Below are positions 15,400-28,100 of a stretch of DNA of 64,000 bases, piece after piece (the stretch's first letter is position 1; each line of letters opens with the position of its first letter). Location: the NCBI GenBank assembly GCA_012295275.1, contig CM022667.1:20398001-20462000 (forward strand). The letters are read 5' to 3'. The notes below the pieces were generated by a model. The model saw only the letters and a list, made by a program, of their open reading frames with translations, had not been told where the DNA came from and did no database searches. This stretch comes from Chrysomallon squamiferum. Its lineage: Eukaryota; Animalia; Mollusca. Made by a program: the position numbers and the translations under genes.

Positions 15400-15843
15400 A
15401 AAGACTGCTCAGCTGACAGGTACCAGTAGATATCTGTGCACTAATTGTTTAATTATTTTGTCACTGAAGTATTAAAATGCGCCATTATTAATTACGCGGT
15501 AACTTACGCGCTCCGTGGAGAAATAACTACTTTTCCTCGCAACAGCTTGGGACGTCCCATTCTGTTCAGGGGCTTTTGTGACGTAGGCGACATTTCATTG
15601 GACAGGCGTCTTTTCCAGCCTCTTTTGGATGGCTAATAAAACGCCTTCTGGAGAGCGGTTTGATTGGTTGCCATATTTCTGAGAAACTGATGGTAAAACA
15701 GTATGTTTCAATCAGCAATGTTGTGGATACGCTTTCTACTTGCAGTGAACTTTACGTATTGAACTTATGTTTTGGAAAACAATTCTTTTTGTGGATTTAC
15801 ACTACTTTTGTGAAGATTTCATCACTTCTTCTTTTTGTTAGTG
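15400..15843 (+). promoter_or_regulatory. Candidate promoter plus non-coding first exon of the ITPR-like gene
   Basis: CpG-richer patch, CRE-like TGACGTA near 15579, inverted CCAAT (ATTGG) near 15663, strong donor GTG|gtaagt at 15843/15844; acceptor at 18459 needs an upstream exon. Confidence 0.45.
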
Positions 15844-15914
15844 GTAAGTGGTGTTATTATTTTGTGTTGAAGGGGGCAAAAAGAAAAGAAAAAGAAAAAT
15901 GTTACTGTAATTAT

Positions 15915-15964
<50 letters not shown>

Positions 15965-16344
15965 CTCGCACTCTAAGTTAATGTTGTAAATCAGTAAATA
16001 ATTTCTGTTGCTTTCTACAACAAAAAAACAAAAAAAAAAAAACTTTTCCGCAATACTTATTTAAATGTTCCTGATGATGATGACGATGATGTCAGTAATG
16101 ATGATGGTCATTAGGACGCTGAGGTTATAATGTAACACGTTGTCGAAAAGTCTTTGAATTAAGAGCCTGGGTGTGTTTCAGTCTGTTACACCTGCAGCTG
16201 GCATATCGAACTGAAGAAATAAAAGTTACTGTAACTTACTCATTCATGTCATTGCTTTAGCTGTTACACTGAAGTGAGTAATCCAATGTTACGTGAACAA
16301 AATGTGAGTTATAGACGATAATAACGTTTATAATATTATTGTAA

Positions 16345-16645
16345 TTGTGTGAATATATGTATGTATGTATGTATGCATGTATATATGTATGTATGTATGA
16401 ATATATGTATCTGTGTATGTATGTATGTATGTATGTATGTATGTATGTATGTATGTATGTATGTATGTATGTATGTTTGTTTGTTTGTTTGTATGTAGGT
16501 ATATATGTATGGATGGATGGATGGATGGATGGATGGATGGATGGATGGATGTAAGTATGTATGCATGTATGTGTGTATTTATGTATGTGTGGGTGTATGT
16601 ATGGATCTATCTATCTATGCATTTATTTATTAATTTATTTATTTA
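16345..16645. repeat. Compound (TATG)n/(TTTG)n/(GGAT)n microsatellite
   Basis: Visible simple repeats. Confidence 0.93.
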
Positions 16646-16839
16646 ATTATTTATTAAATACAGTGGTTTATATGTGACGAGTATATATAATTATTACATG
16701 TACGTATTAACTACTAACACAAGTGTATAAACAACACTTTGATCAGCCGGATTACTGAAGAGACAGACAGAAGTAAAACTGGTTTCATTCAGTAATTTTC
16801 GCATCACTGCGGATTCCATTGCTATCAATAATCGTGTTT

Positions 16840-16874
<35 letters not shown>

Positions 16875-17468
16875 AATAAAAATATCAGGTGGTGGGTCGT
16901 GATGAATGGAGTTCTGGCTCAAAGGCGTAAACAAACAAAACTGATTACAAAATGTGCAGATAGAAAAGTCGACCGTTAATCAATTGTCTCGCTGTAATTT
17001 ATCACTGCTTTGTACTGAGCTAGAAACTACAAAACAAACATAAACGATTGCCATAAAAATCGTAGAGCGATTGAAACTGTTTGCTTTTTGAAAATTCCAA
17101 AAAACCAACTATTGTGGTAATACAGACTAGAAGAAAAAGTAGGGCAATAAAAGTTTTTTTGTTTTTTTTAAAAATCAGGAATACACGTAATCGATGGTGT
17201 AAATAAATACAAAATAACTTGCTAAATTGTAAATCAGTTTAATGGTGCTTTGATTTGCAGTAAAAAAAATATAATTAAATAAACCAGCAAAGTTTTTCTT
17301 CTAACGTATTGTTCAGTCTGTCGATACGTCTTTTTGTGACGTGAATTGCTGAATATTTTAACGTGTCATAATTTTAATCATGTGTCGCAGAAAGAAAAAT
17401 AACAGACCTCTAACTATGAAGAGCCCTGACTTAATACGACAATCTTAAACAAATATTAAACAGTAGCA

Positions 17469-17627
17469 GTCATTTAAATTCAGACGATTTAAGCTGTTAT
17501 TTAAATTCAGATGATTTAAGCTGTCATTTAAATTCAGACGATTCAAGCTGTCATATAAATTCAGACAATTTAAGCTGTCATTTAAATTCAGACGATTTAA
17601 GCTGTCATTTAAATTCAGATGATTTAA
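17469..17627. repeat. Minisatellite, 27-bp unit GTCATTTAAATTCAGACGATTTAAGCT, about 6 copies
   Basis: Direct tandem repetition. Confidence 0.93.
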
Positions 17628-18480
17628 TAATTATTTTTACTATACAACTAGATAAACTCTAGAATGTAGCCTTTTCATGTTTAACTTGTTTCAGTGTTGT
17701 GTTCTGTAATGAATCTGTGTTGAGCTGTGTTGTTCACGCTACACTGAATACGAAGTACTTGGTTCACTGGATACTTTTAGTTTGCTGTCATGCAGCCTGT
17801 TTACTATTCCCATGCAAAATTAATTATTCACGTTTTCCATAACAGTACGTGAAGTTTTAAATACAGCTGTTCGTTTGGGATAAATCCGAGATTATTATTA
17901 TTATTATTATTATTGCTACTCTACAACAGCTTCTACTACTACTACAACTACTACAACAACTACTACTACTACTAACAACTACTACTACTACTACTACTAC
18001 TACTACTGATACTACTATTACTACTATCACTATATTTTAACCATATATTAATTATATCACCGTTAGTAATTATTTCAAAATAAATCTATGCAATTAACTT
18101 TCACCACAAAACGATTAAGTATCAGTATTACGGCGCAACATTCCTGGATTGTATGTATTATTTTACTGTATTTGTCTGATTTTTCCCAACTACTGTTTAT
18201 TCTGTTAGGTTATGTTAAGAGACTGTGACGACATTGTCTGATGCGTATTTGCATATTTATTCTGCATATAGATAATAGATAAATGCTCCCACGTGACCAA
18301 GCACTCATGTCCTATTATTTAATAAACACTGGAAATTAATGTTTGATTCTGCCTGTTTTACAAGCAATTTCTAAAAACATAAAATTTTTATTTAATTATT
18401 TTCCTTAGCAGTCTTCAGCGAAGAAGAAGAAAATGAGTAATGAGTGTTTTGTTTTTCAGTGATACCTTTCTGACTTCAAG

Positions 18481-18581
18481 ATGATGACAAACAGCAACGT
18501 GGGAGAACACCTGTATATCGGAGACTACATAAGTCTGTACTCTGTGGAAACAGAGGGATACATTTACAGTCTACAGTCTAG
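18481..18581 (+). CDS. ITPR: ITPR-like coding exon 1 (MMTNSNVGEHLYIGDYISLYSVETEGYIYSLQS); exon starts at 18460 with 21 nt of 5' UTR
   Basis: Acceptor ttttcag ends 18459; in-frame TGA at 18460 fixes the start at ATG 18481; donor AG|gtatgt, phase 2. Confidence 0.9.
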
Positions 18582-21500
18582 GTATGTGTCTAATAGTAGT
18601 AATTAGTCTACAGTCTAGGTATGTGTCTAATATTAGCATTTAGTCTACAGTCTAGGAATGTGTATAATATTAGCATTTAGTCAACAGTCTAGGTATGTGT
18701 CTAATAGTAGTGTTTACAGTCTACAGTCTAGGTATGTGTTTAATAGTAGTATTCAGTCTACAGTCTAGGTATGTCTAATATTAGCATTTACAGTCTACAG
18801 TCTAGGTATGTACCTAATATTAGTATTTAGTCTACAGTCTAGGTATGTGTCTAATATTAGCATTTAGTCTACGGTCTGGTATGTGTCTAATACTAGTATT
18901 TACAGTCTACAAATTAGTATATGTCTAATATTAGTATTTACAGTCTACAGTCTAGATATTGTCTAATATTAGTGTTTACAGTCTACAGTCTAGGTATGTG
19001 TCTAATATTAGCATTTACAGTCTACAGTCTAGGTATGTGTCTAATAGTAGTGTTTACAGTCTACAGTCTAGGTATGTGTCTAATATTAGCATTTACAGTC
19101 TACAGTCTAGGTATGTGTCTAATAGTAGTATTTAGTCTACAGTCTAGATATGTGTCTAATATTAGCATTTAGTCTACAGTCTAGGTATGTGTCTAATATT
19201 AGCATTTACAGTCTACAGTCTAGGTATGTACCTAATATTAGTATTTAGTCTACAGTCTGGTATGTGTCTAATATTAGCATTTAGTCTACGGTCTGGTATG
19301 TGTCTAATACTAGTATTTACAGTCTACAAATTAGTATATGTCTAATATTAGTATTTACAGTCTACAGTCTGGTATGTGTTTAATATTAGTGTTTACAGTC
19401 TACAGTCTAGTAGTATATGTCTAATATTAATATTTACAATCTAGTCTAGCATGTGTTTAATATTAGTATTTACAATCTACAGTCTAGTATGTTTCTAATC
19501 TTAATATTTACAGTCTAAGTATGTGTATAATATTAGTATCTACATATCTACATTCCAGTATGTCACTAATTAGTATTTAAGTCTACAGTCTAGATATAGT
19601 CGAGGTATCTATCTAATAATTATTAGTATTTACAGTTTACACTATAGGGTTTTGCAAACAATTATTAGTATTTACTATCTTTAGTTTAGTTAAGTGTAAA
19701 ATATTAGTATTTACTCTCTGCAGTTTATGTGATGTGTCTAAGATTAGCATTTACAAATCTACAGTCTAGGTATGTGTCTACTATTAGTATTTAACTGTAC
19801 AGTCTAGGTCTAGTTTTAGTATTTAACGCTATAGATTAGATATCTGTCTAATATTGATATTTAACTCTGCAGTCTAGGTATATAATAATATTAAAATTTT
19901 CCTAATAGGTATGTGTCTAATATTAATGTTTAAAGTCTACAGTTTAGTCTAGCTTTGCCTAATATTAGCATTTAACTGAACAGTCTAGCTATGTGCCTAA
20001 TATTAGCATTTAACTGAACAGTCTAGGTATGTGCCTAATATTAGCATTTAACTGAACAGTCTAGCTATGTGCCTAATATTAGCATTTAACTGAACAGTCT
20101 AGCTATGTGCCTAATATTAGCATTTAACTGAACAGTCTAGGTATGTGAGTAATATTAATATAAATATTGTACGTAGTATTATTATTTTCCATCTATTATT
20201 TAAACATATAATATTAAAACATATTAGAGAAACTCTACTGTGTAGATACCTACGTCTCATACTGTTAATTAGAGTGTATTGTCCAGCGTGTTATTTACAG
20301 TCCAGAATGTCCCCTAGCCATCTTATACTATTATTTACAGTCTACAGTTTAGGTACGTACATAATATTTAAGTCAAGAATCTATGTCCATATATTACATT
20401 ATTGTTTATAGTCTTCGGGTCTATGTACGTGTTTCGACAGTAGTATTTGTAGTCTATCCACTACGTCTATCATTATCATAATAACTATTTAATAAAAGTA
20501 CGATTTAATATTTCCAGTCTACAGTCTAGATTCTAAATAAACATATTCGTATACTGTTCCATTATTTTCTTAATTAATATTATATTAGTATAATTATTTA
20601 CACACAAGATTCCAGATGTTACATATTTTCAGCACGGTTTCAAGGAATATGTATAATTACAATGCTTGCTCGTCAGATGTTATTAACTTATCGTTTTGTA
20701 CACAGACAACACTAATTTTTCTGTAAGACGTTACTTAATATATTACAAATTGCTCTGTTTTCTGTACATATTCAGCTGTATATTTTTGCTTCTATTTTAA
20801 TAAATTAGTATTCACGCACAAACACACACATACACGCACACACAAAACATTGTGTATTGTCAACAATTAATTAAAGATATATACTACATGCTGTTTCATG
20901 AGATCTAGGGATCTGTGTATGTTATCTACGTACGATATTAGCTAGACTTTTCTACAGACATTCCGTGTTGGGGTTTTTTGATAAAAAAGGGTGGAACAGT
21001 GGGTTTATTTAGAAAATACTATGTTCAGTATTTAACATGTTATTCGGCTCAACATGATGACGATTGTGACGCTTAACAAAAGCGAAAGCTGAGCAGGCGA
21101 GTGTGTAATCTGTGATGACTACTAAACGCAGACGCTGCTGGTTTCGTAACAGGAAGTTCGCGTTGCGTGATGCCTCTCCCTTGAGTCTCTCGTCTTTAAC
21201 AGTCAATAATAATACGACATCAAATATACATTTACTTCCAGTTAGCCCAGCAGCGTCTGCGGCGGTCGTTACACACCAACTCGAAATAAACGAAGTTTAA
21301 AAAACAAGCCACGTTCTCACTGCTCTACAACACGAGAAGGAAAAAGGTCGGAAGAAGATTATAATTTTGGTTTTTTTTTTTTAAAACAATTACAAACATT
21401 CATTTTTGTTGGGTTTTCTTCAAAGTAACAGTACCTTATCTTATTTCGACATCATAATTAATTTTGTATTTTATGTATTTATGTATTTATTTATTTATTT

Positions 21501-22093
21501 TTGAGATGATGTGACTATTATTACTCAAAGGAGCAAAAATTGCGTTTTCATGAAATTGCGGTGTGCCAAATTTTTATTGTCGTATTTTTTTTTTATTTTG
21601 TTGTTAGAGTAGACTGGCTGTCGGACACAAATGCAGCCTAACAAGGAAATACAGAGAATGTACTTAACCCATTATTTCATTATTCTCTAGTACAACTTCA
21701 AATTGCAATATTTGACTGAACAAACGGATAAGTCAGTCAATGATGTTTCTCGTGTAACCAAGAAAATTAGATGAAGCGCTGGTTTTAAGATAATATTGTG
21801 TTATAGAGTGTTGGAAAAGGAATAAAAACCCAAGGATAAGCCTAATCGACGAATTATGTTAACGAATAACAATATTTCTTCCCTTACACACGCACACACT
21901 TTGCCGCTCAATAGTTACATTAGTGAATTCTCAATAGTAAACAGCTGGTTTTAAAACGTCCCCGAATTACGTAATTCAGTGATGTTTTAATGATACATAA
22001 ACAACATAAACAATGCGTTATAATCAATGATTAAGCCATTTTATTATATTATTTGTTACCGGTGTCTAATTATGTAATTCCATTAGTCCTCAA

Positions 22094-22148
<55 letters not shown>

Positions 22149-22953
22149 AATAATAATAATAAGAAGAACAATAAGAATAAGAATAATAACAAATAATAAA
22201 TAATAATAATAAAAAATAATAAATAAAATGAATAAAAAATAATATTTCGTATCAATAGAAATAAATTTTATTTCGATCATAAAAAGAAGTGAATTTTACT
22301 TGTACGTAACTGTAAAAGAAATTTATTTAAGGCAGAAATTATATTATGTCTATGGTCGGTTAAGATTCAAAAGTGGAGATATCCGATGTCTTCAGATAAA
22401 TAACAGAACCGCGAAGAGATGTACTAGTTAGAAATGTTTGTCTCGACTGCTTCACCTGAGTATTCTACCAGTGTAGTCAGTTAGCTTCCCGCTGCGGTTT
22501 GTTTTTCAGTATTGACATTTACCTGTCAAAGCAAAGCCTCACTACACAAGAAAAGTTGTTCATTCATACCCTATAAAGTGAGTGATATCTAAACGGTGTT
22601 TTTTTTTCACTGAAATATATTGCAGTTTGTGTTTTGAGAAGTTATCAAATGTTAATTAGCTCGAGACATTATTTTCTTACTGCAAATTAAACACTTGACC
22701 ATCTTGCCGGATAAAACAGGGGATAAGAAAGCTAATGTTGAAATTAATATTATTATTATGTTTTTTGTATGTAGTCATCGCAATCTGATTCACGTATTTT
22801 TTGTTCGTATTGTAAAATGGATCACGAGAAAATTTAACTTTATTCATTTATTTGTTTATTTGTTTTATTTTATTGTATTTAAAAGTTGACAAATTATTCA
22901 GTTAAATAGATGTTGACAATGCTGCCATATTTTCTATTTTATTAAATGCTTTT

Positions 22954-23049
<96 letters not shown>

Positions 23050-25124
23050 CTCATTACACTATTTAAAAGTGCATTTCGCTGCTGTCATTTTTCAAAGCAT
23101 TTTGCTCACGGTGATATAATCAGTTGCCCCTTGAGCTAAATAACTGAGAGACTAACACCGACAATAGACTGTAATTAACTGAGCAAACACTCACTGTTAT
23201 TCTAATAACTTAATGATTACCAATAATCTCTATCTGTTCCAATAGCTTCTTGAAAAAGAAGTTTAAAAAAAGAAAGAACACCCGAGCTGGTAAAAAGACG
23301 AGTAGAAAGAAAACACAAAGCAGACACACATCTTCGTTCGATTTCCACGTGCCACATTTCGCTATACGTGACACAGACCCATAAACTGGGCGGGTCTCGT
23401 GACTGAACGTGCAGATAGTGATCGGAATAAGATCACCGGCAAAGAAGGTGCAACCGTCTGACCTAATTCTTGACTTTTTTTTTTTTGATTTTTTGTTTTG
23501 TTCTTCTTCGTTTCTTTCACTTTATTTAAAACAAACAAACAAACAAGCAACAACAAAAAAACCTCAAACCAATCAAAATAAAACAAACAACAACAATAAC
23601 AACACTAAAGCAAAACAAGGCATATACTGTAATTAATCCGGATTAGAAAAGAAAGTAAATATTTATACCTTATAGCAAACTGCAAATTGTTCTGTAAAAT
23701 CAAAAAAACATTTCTTTGGTTCTCAGAACATCAACAGTTTAACAGTGAAACCGTGTTCACTGATAGATTATTATATCATATGAATAACATAAAGGTTGAA
23801 GGGAGAAATGGAAGACTGATAGAGAAATACGCAGTTTTTATTTATGATTAATTGATTTATCTATCAGTTTAAATCACACATGTGATACAGAGCTACGTAG
23901 TATTTATAATTAATTGGTTTATCTATCGGTTTAAAACACCCTATGCATACATACGGTTCAATAACATATATGTTGTTATTTTCTGTTTTCACATTATCTG
24001 TAACTACAATGAAGTTATCTGTAAAAGCGCTACCCAAAGGCAATAGTTATGAATTAATAATCACTGTTATTCACCAGGTGTTTTCCCTGCTGATTTCCAG
24101 TGAGTTGCTAGTCAATAGTTGTGACACCTCCATCATATCAGCCGAGAGAAAAACCTGTCAAAACTAACAATATCGTTGAAATGAAAGATTTTTTTCATCA
24201 CATTTATTTGATAATATATTTAATTCAGTATGGCTATTCCAGACTTTATGTTTAGAATTTTTGTTAATTTTTTTTTTTTTTTTTAACCGCGTTGGGACTT
24301 AGCTGTAAACATTAACAGTTTCGTTTTTCATTACACTTTTCTGGCTTTTACTATTTCTTTTTAAACGTAATCTATCTGTCAATCAACCAACAAACCACTT
24401 ACCAAATCATCTGTCTGCCTGCCTAATTATCTATCTACCTGTTTACCTACATATTTAGACGATTTATTAAAAATACCATCAAACGTAAGACACCAAAACG
24501 GATAAAGGCGGATACATTTTCTTTCATGATTGATGGTTTCTAATAGTAAAAATAGACACTCCATTTACCAAACTTTAGAAAGCTCGATCTACATATTCCT
24601 GCACTAAGAGTTGTTAAACTGAAAACCCCCAGACAAGAGTTGGCTTTATACACGATTAGAGATATGTTTCTCTGGGACTGCACCTCGAACTTCAATCACT
24701 GTTATTTAATTTCACCAAGCACGGAACTCTGGATGTAAGTACAACCTCGTCGATAAGGAAGTATTGGCATTTCAACAGCGAATATTTCTTACAAAGACAA
24801 AACGCCGTAAGCTGAAATTCCCAGAGAGAAACGAAGTATTGAAATGTAGAATCGATAGTGTTATAACATGTCTAGGTTCAGTTCAGGTTAGGCAGTAAGG
24901 CTGTGAAAAAGGGAACATCTGCTCGTTACTGTTGTCTAATACACATTAATTAAACACATGTTTAATTGTGAATCTGTCAGTGGATAATATGTGTATTGTA
25001 GCATGACGTTTTGTATCATTTGCGGCAGATTTATTTATGAAATCTAGTTATTCTTGCGTTCCAATCATCTAACATTTATCTAACAAACATAAACAAACAT
25101 AAACAAATATACGTACACATACAA

Positions 25125-25185
<61 letters not shown>

Positions 25186-28100
25186 CAGTGGTACCTCGAT
25201 TTACGAGTGCTCCAACTTACGAGTTTCCCGAGTTACGAGCAGTTGTTCGGACTATTTTAAGCTCTGAGTTACGAGCAAGCATCCGTGTTACGAGCGAGCT
25301 TCAGATACTCCGCCGCTAGTTGGCGCAACAAACAACACAACATCAGCCCAGCATCCCGCATCTCACGTTTGCTTCACGTGGTTATCTCGCCGTGGAAGCA
25401 TCTCTGTTGTGTTGTGCTCGTGTTTTGTGCAGTATTTTGCCAAATATCCATGGATCGTAAGAAGGTCAGTGCAAAGGACATTGTTCAAAGAAGTAGTGGA
25501 TTTAAAGCATTAAATCATAGAAAAACATGAGCGAGGTGTGAGTGTAGTCAACTTGGCTAGGCAGTACGAGCGTAGTACTTTTACGATATGTACCGTACAT
25601 AATCAGAAGGAGCCGATAAAGGCTGCAACTCCAGCCAAAAGAGTTAAAATAATTTCTATGCCGCGGACCTCTGTCCATGAAAAGATGGAGAAACCCTGAC
25701 CCTGTACACTTTCCAAAACCAATTTATTTCTTTACCTTTTCTTTTATTTTATTTTTATAAAATATTTGTCATTTATACGTACATATTTCTTATTTAAAAA
25801 CACGCCACAAAAAATTGGGGTGGTTTTTGTGGGGCTGGAACAGATTAATGATATTTCAATTTGGGAAAACTACAACACAATAAATTAATACTGTAACACA
25901 CTATAACACATTAAATAAATACTATAACATTATCTACACACTATAACACATTAAATAAATACTATAACATTATCTAAACACTATAACACATTAAATAAAT
26001 ACCATAATACACTATAACATTATTTACACACTATAACACATTAAATAAATAATGTAATACACTATAACACATTAAATAAATAATGTAACACACTATAACG
26101 TTATCTACACACTATAATACATTAAATAAATACTGTAACACATTATAACATTATCTACACACTATAACACATTAAATAAATACTATTATACACAACAAAA
26201 TTATCTACACACTAATAACGTTAAATAAATACTGTAACACACTATAATAACGTTATCTATACACTGTAACACGTTAAATAAATATTGTAATACGCTATGA
26301 CATAATCTAAACACTGTAACAATTAAAAATATACTGTAACAGGCTATGACATGATCTAAACATTATGACATATTAAATAAATAGAGCATTATACGATTAC
26401 ATTATCAGTAGTCTATTACAAATTAAATAAATACTATAATACACTAATATGTTATCTGTTCATTTCACACACTAGTACACGTGTTATGTATATCTCACGC
26501 ATTTCTTTTAAATTCTAAACTGAGCGGCTAGTCAAACAGAATTGAGAATCTTCTACATTTCACACACTAGTAATCGCAGAATCGAGCTTTATGTAAGCAA
26601 ACGTAATTTTTAAATTATTTTTAATAGGAAATGCACGTGTATTTTATACTGTTTCTAAATTATTATACAAGAAGTACATTTCATTTGTTGTTTGTAGACT
26701 TGTTCTAGAAACTGAAATAATTAATCAACAAGTCATTGTCTAATGTTTTTGCACGCATCAAAAACTGTCTTAGAATTGAAACATTTCCTGTTTCTTTTTT
26801 CCAAAGGGAGGATATTTTGTGTATGTAACAACAAACGGTGAAAATATAAATAAAACTCAGAATCATTTTAAAATCATTTGTTTACTGGCATGATGTCATA
26901 ACAATATTTTTAACAATGTAAATTCCATTTTGAAAGTCTAATGTAGTAGTGTTAAAAAATATTGCTAGGTTTGAGTTATCCTTTTTGTGATTTTTAACTG
27001 CTATAATGAACATTTTAAAAACGTTTAGAGTCTTTTCAAAAAAAAAAAAAAAAAAAAATAATAATAATAATAATAAAAAAACAGAAACAAAAACAGTAAC
27101 GACAACAACAATAACAAACAAGCTATAAAAATTTAGTCCGACAAAAGAAGTGGCCCAAACATTCAGGTTCGAATTTTCTTGGCCAAAATTTATTATAAAA
27201 TCTATGAAGTGTTTATATGTCTCTAATACTAGCTGGAGCGAGGGTTAGTATCTTTTTTATAATTATTATTAACTGGAAATACATTAATTAATTATGTCCA
27301 TCTGATTTGCGAAACATCATTTTTTCTTTCTTTCTTTCTTTTTCTTATTACTAATAATAACTTACATTTCTGTTTAGAATAGAAATTTATGAATAATTCA
27401 TTACTGGAGATATTTGATTAACAAACGCCGTGGGCGTAGTCCACCTCTGGGATGACGGCGCGTTAAAGCAAATTGTGAACGAATTCATTTTAATCTAAAC
27501 ACTGTCGTGTTTGGTCAAGCGCTGTCTCACCTAGAGTTCTGCACAAATTTTATTTTCCATTGCGTGAGATTATCGCCTCCAGCCCATTAACACATCAAAG
27601 CAAAACCACTGGACCTCAATAACTCAAATTCAACAAACCGTTTTCACTTTACGACTACTGTTATCATTTACAGGCGGCTAACAGTCGTGGCGATAAGAAA
27701 CACGCTTCTTAATTGAGTATAACGAGAAACTATTGGCTCTCCGTTTAACACAAAATTAATGTGGGCCGTTCGGACTGATAAGAGATTTATCATAATTACA
27801 CATTAATTGATTTTTCACTAGAAATTAATACGTTATCTCTGTGGCTTCTTCCTTTTTCTTCTGCTGCTACTACCTCGATAATGCCGTCATTACTACTACT
27901 ACAGTAACTACTACAGCTACTTCTACCACCAGGAAACATTAGCTACCGCCCGGTTATCAGCAGCGTTGCTGTTGCCACCGTTATCAGCAGCAATGTCACT
28001 ACTATTACCATCACTTTTACTAGTACTACTATTACTACACTATCACTAGTACTTCCATTAACATCACTATCAGTAGTACTGTTATTATCATCACTGTCAC

